Assembly: GCA_963804955.1 (NCBI GenBank)
Contig: CAWDSQ010000007.1
Location: 256,001-320,000 of the forward strand
Source: an uncultured delta proteobacterium
Lineage (GTDB): Bacteria; Desulfobacterota; WTBG01; CAIYCZ01; CAIRTM01
Direction of reading: 5' to 3'
DNA length: 64,000 bases
Part shown: positions 16,926-29,046 of the stretch, one piece after another
Position numbering within the stretch: the stretch's first letter is position 1
Layout of the letters: each line of letters begins with the position of its first letter
Notes under the pieces: generated by a model
Told to the model about the DNA's origin: nothing
Databases searched by the model: none
Seen by the model: only the letters and a program-made list of their open reading frames with translations
Position numbers and translations under genes: made by a program

Positions 16926-19369
16926 TTACTGCTGCACCGGCGGGAGGATAACTTTCTGCGGCGCCTTTTCCGCAAAAAACTGCTTTTCATCGACCGCCTG
17001 CCCGGCAAAGGCCTCGGCTGAGGCCGGCACCAGGGCAAGGCGGATGACCTCATCCATATGATCGACCATGACGATTTTCAGGTCTTTGAGAATCTTCTCC
17101 GGGATATCCTTCAGGTCTTTTTCATTTTCCCGGGGAATAAGCACCGTGGAGATAAGGCCGCGGTTGGCGGCAAAAATTTTCTCTTTCAAGCCGCCGATCG
17201 GGAGCACCCGGCCGCGCAGCGTAATCTCGCCGGTCATGGCAATGTCCTTTTTGACCTCCACGCGGGTCAGGGCCGATATGATGGCGGTTGTGATGGCAAT
17301 GCCGGCCGACGGCCCGTCCTTGGGTATGGCCCCCTCGGGCACATGTATATGCAGGTCGATGAGCTGATAAAAATCCTTTTCAAGGCCGAGCAGCTGCGCC
17401 CGCGAGCGCACATAGCTCATGGCCGCCTGTGCCGACTCCTTCATCACATCTCCCAGCTTGCCCGTGATGATCAGATCGCCCTTGCCGGGCATGACCGCCA
17501 CCTCTATGAACAGCAGCTCGCCGCCGACTTCGGTCCAGGCAAGGCCCGTCGAGATGCCCACCTTGTTCTTTTCTTCAGCAGTGCCGTAGCGGAACCGGGG
17601 AACGCCCAGATACTTCTCCACCGAGGTCTTATCAACTTTCACCTTCCGCTCTCCGGCCTCCTGCGCGCCCTGGCGGACAAGATCGGTTGCCACCTTGCGG
17701 CATATGGATGCCAGTTCCCGCTCAAGGTTGCGCACGCCCGCCTCCCGGGTATAGCGCCGGATGATATGCAGAACCGAATTATCGGAAAAGTCAAGCTGCT
17801 CGGCCTTCAGGCCGTTGGCCTCAAGCTGCTTGGGAACAAGGTACTGCTTGGCAATCGCGAGCTTCTCGCTTTCCATATAGCCGGCAATGCGGATGATCTC
17901 CATGCGGTCCTGCAGCGCCGGGGGTATGCCCTGCAGCGTATTGGCCGTTGTTATGAACATGACCCCGGAAAGATCATAGTCCATATCGATATAGTGATCA
18001 TTGAAGGTGTCGTTCTGCTCGGGGTCCAGCACCTCCAGCAGCGCCGACGACGGGTCGCCGCGGAAGTCGGTGCTCATCTTATCGACCTCATCCAGCAGAA
18101 ACACCGGGTTATCAGTGCCTGCTTTCTTGAGCGACTGCAGAATCTTGCCCGGCAGCGCCCCGATATAGGTGCGGCGATGCCCCCTGATTTCGGCCTCGTC
18201 GCGCACGCCCCCGAGGGACAGGCGCACAAACCGCCGGCCGGTCGCCCGGGCTATGGATTTCCCAAGCGATGTTTTCCCCACGCCCGGCGGCCCCACAAAG
18301 CAGAGTATGGGCCCTTTGAGCTTCTGCACCAGGCTTTCTACGGCCAGGTATTCCAGTATCCGCTCTTTGGGCTCTTTCAGGCCGTAGTGATCGTCGTTTA
18401 ATATCTTTTCGGCAGGGCCTATGTCCATCTTCACCTCGGACTTTTCGCCCCAGGGCAGCGACAGAATCCACTCGATATAGTTGCGCACCACATTCAATCT
18501 CAGCAGACATGGGCGGCATCATCTTCAGCTTTTTGATCTCCTTTTCGACCCGGGTGCGGGCCTCCTCGGAAAGCTGCTTTTTGCTCTGCAGCTTCTCTTC
18601 CAGCTCATCAATTTCCGCCTGCCGGTCATCGGTATCGCCTATTTCCTTCTGAATGGCGCGCATCTGCTCGTTCAGGTAATAGTCCTTCTGGGTTTTCTCC
18701 ATCTGCCGCTTGACGCGGGTCTTGATGCGCTGCTCGGTGCGAATGAGCTCCATGGCGCTTTCCATGATGGCATATACCCGCTCAAGCCGCTCGCACACAT
18801 CGGTCAGCTCAAGAATCTGCTGTTTATCGGAAAGGCTTATGTTGAGCTGCGGCGCGATAAGATCGGCAAGCCGGGAGGGGTCATCAACGGTTGCAGCTGT
18901 TGCCACCAGATCAGAGGGTATGCGCTTGGTGAATTTGGCGAAATTATCAAGAGACTCGAGAATCATGGCATTGAGCGCCTTGACCTCGTTTGCGTCCCGG
19001 CAGGTGTCATCAATTTCTTCGACAAGGGCTGAAAACGATTCATCCTCCACCAGAAATCTGGTGATGCGGCCGCGTTTTTTGCCCTCAACAAGCACCTTTA
19101 TGCTGCCGTCGGGCAGCTTGAGCATCTGAAGAATCGTGGCCAGCACGCCGACCGTATAGACGGTGTCCTGGCTGGGGCTGTCGATGGAGGCATCTTTCTG
19201 CGTCACCAGAAAAATGGTCTTGCCCTGCTCAAGGGCTTTTTCAACAGCGGTGATGGAGCGCTCCCGCCCGACAAACAGCGGCGACACCATATGGGGAAAA
19301 ACAACGATGTCCCGCAGGGGCATCATCATGTAGACAACCGCATGTTCCTTGTTGTGATTTAAAAATCAT
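16926..19369 (-). CDS. lon: Lon protease (apparent frameshifts near 19340 and 18495)
   Basis: [10 protein letters not shown]-domain, GPPGVGKTS Walker A, PKDGPSAG and IGGLKEK catalytic motifs. Confidence 0.95.
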
Positions 19370-19457
19370 GGCCGGACCTTTCAAAAAAAAACTGAGGGCA
19401 GGGAGCCCGTCTGCCGGCAGTCCACAGCCCTCAGCATCCATGCTCCATCGAAAAAAG

Positions 19458-20718
19458 CTACGCTGATTCCTTCTGCTTGCTGTACACCAGCAGAGGCTTT
19501 GTCCCCTTGGTCACCACATCCTCACTGATGAGGCATTCCTCGACATCGGTGCGAGGAGGGCAGATCATACATCACGTCGAGCATGATTTCCTCCAGAATG
19601 GCGCGCAGCCCGCGCGCTCCCGACTTGCGCCGCATGGCAAGGTCGGCAATGGCCCCGAGCACCTCGCCGGTAAAACGCAGGGTGACGTTTTCAAGCTCGA
19701 AGAGCTTTTCATACTGCTTGGTAATGGCATTGCGCGGGCGGGTGAGAATTTCAATAAGCGCTGCCCGGTCCAGATCGTCAAGCGTTGCCAGCACCGGGAG
19801 CCTGCCCACAAATTCCGGTATGAGGCCGTATTTAATGAGATCTTCGGGCTGCACTTCAGAAAGGACCTCGCCGATAGTGCGCTTTATATTCTTTTTCATC
19901 TCGGCGCCGAAGCCGATGGTCTTTTTGCCCGTGCGCTGCTGAATCACCGACTCAAGGCCGTTGAAAGCGCCGCCGCAGATAAATAAAATATTGGAGGTGT
20001 CAACCTGCAGAAAATCCTGCTGCGGGTGCTTGCGGCCGCCCTTGGGAGGCACATTGGCAACGGTGCCCTCGATGATTTTCAGCAGCGCCTGCTGCACGCC
20101 TTCGCCCGACACATCGCGCGTGATGGACGGCGTGTCGGACTTGCGGGATATCTTGTCGATTTCATCGATATAGACGATGCCGCGCGAGGCCTTTTCGATA
20201 TTATAGTCGGCAGCCTGCAGAAGGCTCAGTATGATATTCTCCACGTCCTCGCCCACATAGCCCGCCTCGGTCAGCGACGTGGCATCGGCTATGGTAAAGG
20301 GCACATGCAGCATGCGCGCAAGGGTCTGGGCAAGCAGCGTCTTGCCCGTGCCCGTGGAGCCGATCAGCAGAATATTGCTCTTCTGCAGCTCGACGTCATC
20401 CTTGCCCTTGCGATAGTCGATCCGGCGGTAGTGATTGTACACGGCAACGGAGAGGATCTTTTTGGCCTTGTCCTGCCCGATGACATACTGGTCCAGAAAC
20501 TTCTTGATCTCATAGGGCTTGGGCACCGCTGTCTGGCGCGCCGAAAGCGACTCGCGCTCCTGCTCTTCGGCTATGATGTCATTGCACAGCTCGATGCACT
20601 CGTCGCAGATATACACCGACGGCCCTGCGACCAGCTTTTTGACCTCTTCCTGGCTCTTGCCGCAAAATGAACAGAACAGATGGCTGCCTTTGCCTCCCAG
20701 CGTTTTCTTCGTGGCCAT
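19458..20718 (-). CDS. clpX: ClpX ATPase (frameshift near the C-terminus)
   Basis: CSFCGK zinc finger, [23 protein letters not shown]. Confidence 0.96.
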
Positions 20719-20733
20719 GATCTACCTCAACCC

Positions 20734-21354
20734 TCAGGTGGTGGTTATTTCCCGTTTTTCTATGACCTTATCAACTATACCATATTCGCGCGCCTGCTCG
20801 CCGCTCAGAAAATAGTCGCGGTCGGTATCCTGATGGATTTTCTCCATGGTCTGGCCCGTATGGCGCACAAGAATCTCCTCAAGCTCCTGGCGCGTGCGGA
20901 TGATTTCGCGGGCATGAATGTCGATGTCCGTTGCCTGCCCCTGATAGCCGCCCATGGGCTGGTGCAGCATGATCCGCGAGTGCGGCAGGGCGAAGCGCTT
21001 GCCCTGAGCCCCGGCAGTGAGCAGCACGGCGCCCATGCTTGCCGCCTGGCCGAAGCACAGCGTTGATATGGGCGACCGGAGGTACTGCATGGTGTCATAG
21101 ATTGCCATGCCCGAGGTCACCAAACCGCCCGGCGAATTGATATAGAGATGAATGTCCTTCTCCGGGTCCTCGGACTCCAGAAACAGCATCTGGGCAATGA
21201 TGATATTGGCCACATGATCATCAATGGCGCTGCCGAGGAAAATGATGCGGTCTTTCAGAAGCCGCGAGTAGATGTCATAGGACCGCTCGCCCCGGTTGGT
21301 CTGCTCGACCACGAACGGAATGAGCTGATTGGTCGTTTGCGGTACACCATTCAT
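20734..21354 (-). CDS. clpP: ClpP protease subunit
   Basis: [24 protein letters not shown]. Confidence 0.97.
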   Translation of the reverse strand: MNGVPQTTNQLIPFVVEQTNRGERSYDIYSRLLKDRIIFLGSAIDDHVANIIIAQMLFLESEDPEKDIHLYINSPGGLVTSGMAIYDTMQYLRSPISTLCFGQAASMGAVLLTAGAQGKRFALPHSRIMLHQPMGGYQGQATDIDIHAREIIRTRQELEEILVRHTGQTMEKIHQDTDRDYFLSGEQAREYGIVDKVIEKREITTT

Positions 21355-21397
21355 ATCATGTTCCCTGCTGTGCTGTAGTGTGCAAGATGGCCCCCCG

Positions 21398-22675
21398 TTA
21401 CTTTTCGGTTATTTGTGCTTTTGCTGTAATAAAATCTATCGCTTTTTTTTCAAGAATCTGCGGCCGCAGCACCTCGGGGTCCAGGGCGGCCTTTACCGCT
21501 GCCACATCCTGGCCGTACTGAGCCGCAAGCTCATCGTATTTTTTCTCAATATCGGCATCATCAACCTGTCAGGCCTTCTTTTGCGGCAATGGCTTCAAGA
21601 ATAAGCGCCGCCTTCACCTGCCGCTCCGCCGCGCCCCGGTAGCGCTCAAGCAGCGTGCCCGCATTCTGCCCCAGGCTCTCAAGCTTGATGCCCTGCTGCG
21701 CCAGCATCTGCTGGGTCTCCATTACCATATTGCGCGCCTGCATGTCGATAAGGGCTTTGGGCACATCAAATGCGTTCTTCTCGATGAGCGCATCAAAAAT
21801 CTTTTCTTTAAAGCCATGCTCCGCCTGATTGCGCTTGCGGGTAAGAATCTCCTCGGACATGGCTTTTTTGAGATCATCAAGACAGGAATACTTCTGGCTC
21901 AGGTCCCGGGCGAATTCATCATCAAGCACGGGCAGCACCCGCTCTTTAATGCCCTTCAGCAGGACCTTCACATCCACCTGTTTCCCGGCATACTCCTTAT
22001 TGGCAAAGTCTTCGGGCAGCTGCAGCGAAAAGCTCCGCTCCGTCGCCCGCCTGCATGCCCGCAACCTGTGCGGCAAAGCCGGGCAGATAGGCTGTGTCGG
22101 TGGTTTCCAGAAAAAAGTCCTTCTGGGGGCCGCCGCCATAGGGTTTTCCCTCGCAGCTGGCATCGAGATCGAAAATGCCGAAATCGCCCTGCGCAAGGCT
22201 GCGGCCCTCAACATCTTTCAGTGTAGCATATGTGCTGCGCAATCCTTCAAGTGCGGACGCAAGCTCCTCATCTCCACCTTCGGCGATCTTCTCGCGCTCA
22301 AGCTCAAGGCCTTCATAGCCCTGCGGCACTATGGCGGGCTTCACCTCGAAAACAGCCGTATAGGAAAACTCCTTGTCGCGCTCGATGCCGGCGTTTTCAA
22401 TCTTTGGCTGCGACACAGGGGCTGTTTTTGCTTCATCAATGGCCCGGGGATAGGACTCCTGCAGAATCTTGGATATAACATCCTCTTCAACCTGGGCCTT
22501 GAAATACTTCTCCAAGCAGAGACATGGGCGCCTTGCCGGGCCGGAAGCCCTTCAGGCGCACATTCTTTTTAAGCTCTTTGTATGCCTGCTCAAACTGGCC
22601 TGCTACCGTTTCCTGGGGCACGACGACGGTCAATCTTTTTTCAATGTCACTAACATGGGTTACGTCTACTTTCAT
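21398..22675 (-). CDS. tig: Trigger factor (several frameshifts)
   Basis: GFRPGKAP signature, FKBP-like middle, position upstream of clpP. Confidence 0.92.
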
Positions 22676-22700
22676 TATCTCCTCATTTCATTTCTTTTCA

Positions 22701-22779
22701 TGCGAGAGGGGGGATTTGAACCCCCACGGTTTCCCGCTGGATCCTAATTCCAGTGCGTCTGCCATTCCGCCACTCTCGC
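22701..22779 (-). tRNA. tRNA-Leu(TAG), CCA not encoded
   Basis: GCGAGAG/CTCTCGC acceptor, CTGGA-ATTAGGA-TCCAG anticodon arm, variable arm, GGTTCAAATCC; upstream of tig. Confidence 0.93.
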
Positions 22780-23092
22780 TAGTTCATGGGGTACGCACTA
22801 CGTATGGCAATCCATTTTTGGAAGTATCTTTTAATAGTATTTTTGACCTTTAGTGTCAAGAAGTTTGGTTAAGCACAAAATTAAAAATTATAGAAAAATT
22901 AAAGGGTTTTGCGCGCTTAAGGGAAATAGTGCTCATTCAGTGTTCATTTATAATATTTTTATTCTTTCGCAGATTCAGGCTGCGCAACAAGACCTTTTTC
23001 TGCCGGGCCGGACTTGCCATCAGGGCTGTTCCATGCAATGATTATCATTAATACTGTTCTTCGATTGCTTCCAGCAGGTAAAGGAGCTCCCC

Positions 23093-23584
23093 GTGCCGGA
23101 TCACAAGCTTGTTGCCGACTACCTGAGAAAATGTTTCGTCAGCGTCGACGGCCTCTGGTTTATGAAAATCGAAGAAGATGCCGGCTTTGAAAAAGCTCTG
23201 GAAATCGACATAGCGGTCTGGAAGGTGCTCCCCAAAATCGAGGCACGCACCATACAGGAGCTTCTTACGCTCGGGCAGGGCATCGAGGCGCTGCACAGGG
23301 CGCTTGACTTCAAGCTCAGGGCCGAGCTTTACAGCCATACTTTGTCACCCGTCCGCGCAGAGGCTTTCACCCTTGACGTTCATGACTGCCCCTGGGTAAA
23401 ACATATAAAAAAGGCCGGCAGAGCCCATTTCATTGAGCGCATAGCAGCGTCAATCTGCCCGGCTGAATACGGCGCCTTCACCGCCGAGTTCGGCACAAGC
23501 ATTTCAATAGATCATCAGCACGGCGACTGCGCACAACACGGAATTTGCCGCTTTGCCTTTCACGTGAAAAAACATACTGAATAA
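23093..23584 (+). CDS. DUF6125-like protein
   Basis: VDGLWFMKIEE...ALEIDIAVW...EAR with conserved cysteines. Confidence 0.7.
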   Translation: MPDHKLVADYLRKCFVSVDGLWFMKIEEDAGFEKALEIDIAVWKVLPKIEARTIQELLTLGQGIEALHRALDFKLRAELYSHTLSPVRAEAFTLDVHDCPWVKHIKKAGRAHFIERIAASICPAEYGAFTAEFGTSISIDHQHGDCAQHGICRFAFHVKKHTE

Positions 23585-23605
23585 AAATAAAAGGAGCAAA
23601 AATTT

Positions 23606-24013
23606 ATGAACTGGGATTTTACGGGTGCTCAGGTTGTGAAGGGTGAGGTGGCCTACAGCCTTGAAGAGTTCAGAAAAGATCTGTACGCCGAAGTGAAGGA
23701 AAATTTTTCAGACTACGATAAAGCGGACCTCGACGGAATATATCAGCTTGCCTACGATGTCTGCTACTGCACGGCCACGCAGCGCAAGCTCGGCGAGCTG
23801 CTTGCCCACTGCAAACAGATGGGCATAAAGGCCGACTTGAAGTATCTCATGCTCATACGGGATTCCAATCTCAACAATATCGATATGCTGAAGGCAATAT
23901 TTGCCCGGAAGGTCTCGGAGTTTATGGATGCGGGCGCAAGCGGTGAAGAAGCGCTCAAAAAGCTGGACGAGTATCACCGTCAGGTTCTTGCAGGCGCCGA
24001 TGACGAGGGCTAG
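23606..24013 (+). CDS. Hypothetical protein
   Basis: 135-aa ORF with an AAGGAG RBS. Confidence 0.75.
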   Translation: MNWDFTGAQVVKGEVAYSLEEFRKDLYAEVKENFSDYDKADLDGIYQLAYDVCYCTATQRKLGELLAHCKQMGIKADLKYLMLIRDSNLNNIDMLKAIFARKVSEFMDAGASGEEALKKLDEYHRQVLAGADDEG

Positions 24014-24072
24014 AGCATTTAACAGAATACTATAAACAAGTATTCATGCAGTATCGAGAAACACGCACCCCG

Positions 24073-24139
24073 GTCATTCCGGCTTGTCCGCAATCATTCT
24101 TCCGCGAACCGGAAGGGATTCCCGTCAAGCGGGAATGAC
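24073..24139. repeat. REP-like palindromic element (GTCATT...AATGAC)
   Basis: GTCATTCCGGCTTGTCCG...CGGGAATGAC; related copy at 26043-26108. Confidence 0.75.
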
Positions 24140-24303
24140 AGCAATGAATCACTACCGCTGACATATTCACCCGCGTCAAGCAGTTCATGAATCTCAAGAA
24201 TAATTCATGCAAGCGCAAGCCTCCGGGAACAGCCGTTTCGCGATTATTATGAATAGGCTGCTGGCTGCAGCGGTTTATTTAACCGATCCGCTCATCAATT
24301 CAG

Positions 24304-24622
24304 AATTAGTGGCTGAACGAAAACTCTGTTTTTATATCCATGTCATCTCGACCGAGAGCCTGTGTCGCAATTAACTTTGCTGTCATCTCGACCCCTTCGG
24401 CTTTGCTCAGGGCAGGCTCCGGGAGAGATCTTTGTAGTAAGTAAAATCAAGGGCTTGAGATTTCTCACCGCCTGCGGCGGATTCGAAATGACTTTAATAA
24501 ATCAATTGCGACACAGTCTCCGAAGGGAGAGATCTTTGCATGTGCTTAAGATTTCTCAGTCGCTCCGCTCCTTCGAAATGACAGTTTTCGCTGACAGAGG
24601 GGTTTTCGTTCAGACACTAATT
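24304..24622. mobile_element. Outer MITE with 21-bp inverted ends hosting nested elements
   Basis: AATTAGTGGCTGAACGAAAAC and GTTTTCGTTCAGACACTAATT (1 mismatch). Confidence 0.85.
24356..24520. mobile_element. MITE family A copy 4 (TSD CGA)
   Basis: Splits TGTCATCTCGAC-CGA-AGGGAGAGATCT and duplicates CGA; carries an extra CCCTTCGGCTTTGCTCAGGGCAGGCT insert. Confidence 0.9.
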
Positions 24623-24717
24623 AAATCAATTGGTCATTCTCACCTCATTTGCCGTTTTCAGCAAAACGCGTTATTATGAGAGAATGCCGCCAGAGAAGGC
24701 CGGCACATAAGGGTTTT

Positions 24718-25953
24718 ATGCAGCACGATTTTTTATCCCTTGTTCTTCGGTTTGTCGTTTCATTCGTGACCGTTCAGGCCATTGCCGTTGCAGGCTGTAT
24801 CTTTGCCTTCAAAAAGCACAGAAGCAGCCGGACCTGGCTTGCCGTTCTTGCAGCCATGCTGTACCTGAATTGCGCCTATCTCTTCCTTTTCACTCCTGTC
24901 GAGCTTCGGCAGCAGTTCGGCGCAGCAATCGATTACGCTCTCATCTATCCCTTTTTTGCCTACATGCTTATCTGCATGGCCCTTGCGCCGCTGTTTGTTG
25001 CCGCAGCCGCCGTGTCAGGTATGGGGAAAATTTTTTCCCGCTTTGGCGGCACAATCCCTCCGGCGCAGCCAGCGCCTGATTACAATGGCCAGCGCAGGGA
25101 ATTTTTAAAAATGATGACGGCAGGCATCGCCCTGCCCGTTGCCGCTCCGTCGCTGTACGGCCTGTATGTCGGCAGCGCGCAGATGAAAATTGATGATGTA
25201 TCGATTGCCTTCCCTGACCTGCCAGCCGGGCTCGACGGCTTCACCATCATCCAGATAAGCGACCTGCATGTGGGCCCGTTTATGGACAGCGCGATGCTTC
25301 AGTCGATTGTCAGGGGCATCAATGCCATGGCGCCCGATCTTGTAGCTGTTACCGGCGATATCATCAACTGGGGCTCCGCCTACATTGACGACGCGGCTGA
25401 CGGCCTTGCGGGGTTGCAGGCTGAATACGGTGTCTATGCCGTGCTCGGGAACCATGATTTTTATTGCGATACCGTCAGCCTGTGCAGCAAGCTCGAAAAA
25501 GCAGGTGTGCAGATACTGCGCAACGGGTGGCGGGAGATCAGGCCCGAAGGCGGCGGCCTGCTGCAGCTTGCCGGCATCGACGATCCGGGAGGCCGCTTGA
25601 GACGCGACCCCAATATCGGCAACCTGAAAAAAGCGCTTGATCAGGCGCCTGACGCAGGGTTCAGGATTCTGCTTTCCCACCGGCCCACTGTTTTTGATGC
25701 GGCTGCGGATATGGGCATGCGCCTCACCCTTGCAGGCCATACCCATGCCGGCCAGATGATCTCGCCCTTTGGCAACGGGCGCAACTGGTCATTTGCAAAA
25801 CTTTTTTATGAGCGGGATTATGGCCTGTATGACCGGAACGGCTCCTATCTCTATATCAACAGGGGCCTTGGCGTTGTCGGGCCGCCCCTGCGCATCAACT
25901 GCCCGCGGGAAATTACCAGGATAGTTCTGCGCAGGGGAAACACGCAGGTCTAA
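24718..25953 (+). CDS. Membrane-bound metallophosphoesterase (YkuE-like)
   Basis: SDLH, TGD, LGNHD, LSHRP and GHTH motifs after N-terminal TM helices. Confidence 0.9.
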   Translation: MQHDFLSLVLRFVVSFVTVQAIAVAGCIFAFKKHRSSRTWLAVLAAMLYLNCAYLFLFTPVELRQQFGAAIDYALIYPFFAYMLICMALAPLFVAAAAVSGMGKIFSRFGGTIPPAQPAPDYNGQRREFLKMMTAGIALPVAAPSLYGLYVGSAQMKIDDVSIAFPDLPAGLDGFTIIQISDLHVGPFMDSAMLQSIVRGINAMAPDLVAVTGDIINWGSAYIDDAADGLAGLQAEYGVYAVLGNHDFYCDTVSLCSKLEKAGVQILRNGWREIRPEGGGLLQLAGIDDPGGRLRRDPNIGNLKKALDQAPDAGFRILLSHRPTVFDAAADMGMRLTLAGHTHAGQMISPFGNGRNWSFAKLFYERDYGLYDRNGSYLYINRGLGVVGPPLRINCPREITRIVLRRGNTQV

Positions 25954-26042
25954 AGCAGGGGGGCATCGTTCATCGGCAACGGCAGGTGGTCGCATACGGG
26001 TGCATGTATCTTTTGCCTGTAGCCGGTAGAAAAAGCATCTCA

Positions 26043-26108
26043 GTCATCCCGGCTTGTCCGGTATCATGTTCCGCACACTACAAGAAATCCCCGCCAGGCG
26101 GGAATGAC
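26043..26108. repeat. REP-like palindromic element
   Basis: GTCATCCCGGCTTGTCCG...CGGGAATGAC. Confidence 0.7.
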
Positions 26109-26296
26109 AGGAAATGGAGGCAGGCTGCACAGTCATCCTGCGGCTTTTATTTCTGTTTACAGCATTCAGGTAATTGCTCTGCATGCGCCCCATGCGCTGA
26201 AGTTCGGCTGTGTTGATTATTAGCTCGATGGCCAGGGGAGGAAATCGACATGGCAGAGCCGGACGGACATGATCAGGGCGGCTTTTCCCGCCCGGC

Positions 26297-27223
26297 CTAC
26301 TTGTTATCCCCGTTTGCAAAAACCCCATAGCAGTTGCGCGCGGGAGGGGTGCCTCTTTTTTCAATTGATACGGTAACGCCTCTATCGGGCCTGATTTTTC
26401 GGTTAAGCCCAACCAGGGACCTGACCGCTTTCCATCCGATTTGCTTCATTTCCGCAAGCCCGGTGATTTCCTCGATAGCGGTTCTGTTATCGTAGGGGTC
26501 GGGGCGGTATGACCGGGATGAAATCAGCGCATCGTAGATGTCGCAGACGATGACTATTTCCACCATGATCGGCCTGAGGTGTATGCCGCGGGGTATGCCG
26601 GAGCCGTCTCTTCTTTCGTGATGGTCCCTGGCAACTATCGCAGCCAGATGCCTCGGGTCCCGGTAAAAGCAGCTGAGCAGCACATAGCCTGCTGTCGTGT
26701 GATGATCCAGGCTGCTTCGTTCGGCCCTTGTAAGCGGGGTTTCTTTTTTCAAAAGATACAGGGGCACGCAGATTTTGCCGATATCATGCGTGGGCCCGGT
26801 TGAAACAAATTTCAGCCATTGCCGGTCATCGGGCAGCAATTGCCTGGCTATAAGCGCCGAAAGAGTGAAAACCCTGAGCAGGTGGCAATAGGTGTAATAG
26901 TTGGCGGTCTTGAAATAATCAAGCATCTCCAGCACCTGCGCGGGCAGCTGAAAATTTTCCAGCATGCTGATGACTTCGCGGCATCCCGGCGCCTTGGAGA
27001 AGATCAAATCATAGGGCGGGCGCTTTAGCTGATGCAGGAGATCACGCTTTATCGTTGCATGCTTGAACAAATACCGGTTCTGTCTGCGATGCTGCTTTGT
27101 TTGCAGGGATGAGGTCAGTTAAGTTCCTGGAGGACAGGACGGTTCCTGCCGGCATCTGAAGCCGTTTGTCCGGTGAGCTAACCGGAAACTTGAGCCGCAA
27201 GGAAGCACGGGAAGATTCTTCAT
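26297..27223 (-). CDS. HD-GYP-like phosphodiesterase (N-terminus frameshifted)
   Basis: HDIGK, HHERRDGSGIPRG, CDIYDALISSRSYR. Confidence 0.85.
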
Positions 27224-27558
27224 GAATTCGCACGCACAGTGTCTCCCTTCTTTCGTGGCAGATTATCGACCGCAATAATTTTCGACGTTTACTGCATTGA
27301 CAGAAATGCGCTTCGGCATGGGGCAACTATAGTAGAACGAAAAAAGTGCGTCAAGCAAGAACTGAGCCCCTCGGGCTGCTGAAAAAACCTTTTCCGCATG
27401 AGCTGAACCAATTCACTGGCAGACATACAAAGCTGGGGCATGTCGGCCGCAGCGAGCTCCCGTGCCGATTGGATTTCCGCCGTTGGAGCGGATGCAAAAT
27501 GGCAGGCGGTGCATTCCGGGTCTTTATTGCATGGCAGCTGTTGCTCCGGGCTGCACCA

Positions 27559-28065
27559 TCACTTTTTTTCTATGGTGACGGGAACGCGGCAGCGGCCCCA
27601 GGCAAGGGCGTCGTCGTGGGAATCGTAAAACAGGTCAATGCGGTCGGGGCCTTTGATCGCCGAGCCCCTGTCCTCGACAATCCCTTCACCGTAGCCGGGT
27701 ATGAGCATGATCGTTCCGAAGGGATAGTAGCCGGTGTCGGCTGCAATCGTTCCCGGATGTGGAAACAGCAGCCAGGGGAAAAACACGATGCGAAACGGGA
27801 TGACCCAGGGCCGCTTCAGGCTGTCGACTGAAAAAAGCCCGGGGTAATACTGGCGCGGTGTCGCGCCGCTGGCGGTTTTGCCGTGATAGGGCTTGCCCGC
27901 GTCCGGGCCGCTTGCGTAGTACCGGTTCCAGAAGTTCAGCTTCAGGTATGCCCAGCTGCCGCGCGTCCAGCCGCAGCACTTTTTGCACCCGCAGTAAGCG
28001 GTCGTTTCCATGGTGCGCTCGACATGCGCGCATCCCGCCGCAAGCAGCATGCCGCAGAACAGCAA
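27559..28065 (-). CDS. 3D-domain lipoprotein
   Basis: LAAGC lipobox, TTAY, GKTASG, IAAD, EDRGSAIKG, RIDLF. Confidence 0.85.
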   Translation of the reverse strand: MLFCGMLLAAGCAHVERTMETTAYCGCKKCCGWTRGSWAYLKLNFWNRYYASGPDAGKPYHGKTASGATPRQYYPGLFSVDSLKRPWVIPFRIVFFPWLLFPHPGTIAADTGYYPFGTIMLIPGYGEGIVEDRGSAIKGPDRIDLFYDSHDDALAWGRCRVPVTIEKK

Positions 28066-28185
28066 AACTATTCAGCGCCCGGGCTCATTTTTGCCTGCTC
28101 ATGTATGCCATGCAGTCGTAATGTGCAGGCCGGGCAAAATCCGCCGCGGCGGATGCCCTGCTCGCCGGCTTGTAAAAATCGCCGC

Positions 28186-29046
28186 TCACCCATGAAACAC
28201 CACTGCCGCTAAAACGGCAGCAAAGGCAAGAATGCTTACGCAGCCGTTGGCTGTAAAAAATGCGGCATTCATGCGGGAAAGGTCATCAGGTTTGACGATG
28301 CTGTTTTCATACCAGAGAAAACCGGCGATGACGGCACAGGCCCGCATAGAAAACAGCCCCGAGAGAAAAGAAAAACCCCATAAGGCCGAAAAAAATCACG
28401 GTGAGGCCATGCAGTAGTTTGGTCAGTTGCAGCGCCAGCGGTATGCCGAAGCGAACGGGCACGGAATGGAGCCCTTCCCGTGCATCAAACTCATAATCCT
28501 GACAGCTGTAGAGAATATCAAAACCGGCGGTCCAGAACATGACGCCGATCGACAGCATCCAGATGCCTGCTGTGGGCAGGGTGTTGGTCGCTGCAACCCA
28601 GGAGCCCATGGGCGCAAGACCCAGGCACAGGCCGAGCACGCCGTGGCAGGCCCAGGTGAAGCGCTTGGTGAGCGAGTAGAATGCCATGGGCGCCAGCACA
28701 ACAGGCCAGAGCCTGCGGCACAGGCCGGGCAGAAAAAAAACAGCGATAAAAAAAACCGCAAGAGAACTGCGGCAACAAAAAGCAGAGTTTCCGGAACGCT
28801 CACCAGCCCCGCAGGGAGTGCGCGGCCGGCGGTGCGGGGATTTTTTTTATCGATGGCGATGTCAAAAAGGCGGTTGAGGGCCATGGCAAAGCTGCGGGCG
28901 CCGACCATGGCAAGGGTAATCCAGAAAAAGGTTGAAACCGGCGGCAGGCCCCCTGCCCCCAGTATCATGCCGATATAGGCAAAAGGCAGGGCGAATATCG
29001 TGTGCTCGAACTTTATCATGTCGAGCAGGGTCGCGAGCTTACCCAA
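28186..29046 (-). CDS. UbiA-family prenyltransferase (MqnP-like), frameshifted
   Basis: IKFEHTIFALPFA, NRLFDIAIDKKNPRT, GFDILYSCQD. Confidence 0.88.

Noticed and set aside
17058..18401. Long antisense ORFs (for example 17058-18401, 36319-37236, 42493-43425, 52155-53114)
   Set aside because: They are shadows of GC-rich coding genes on the opposite strand and have no recognisable motifs.
22741..22748. Purine at position 32 of tRNA-Leu(TAG)
   Set aside because: A single base in an error-prone assembly; the rest of the cloverleaf is normal.
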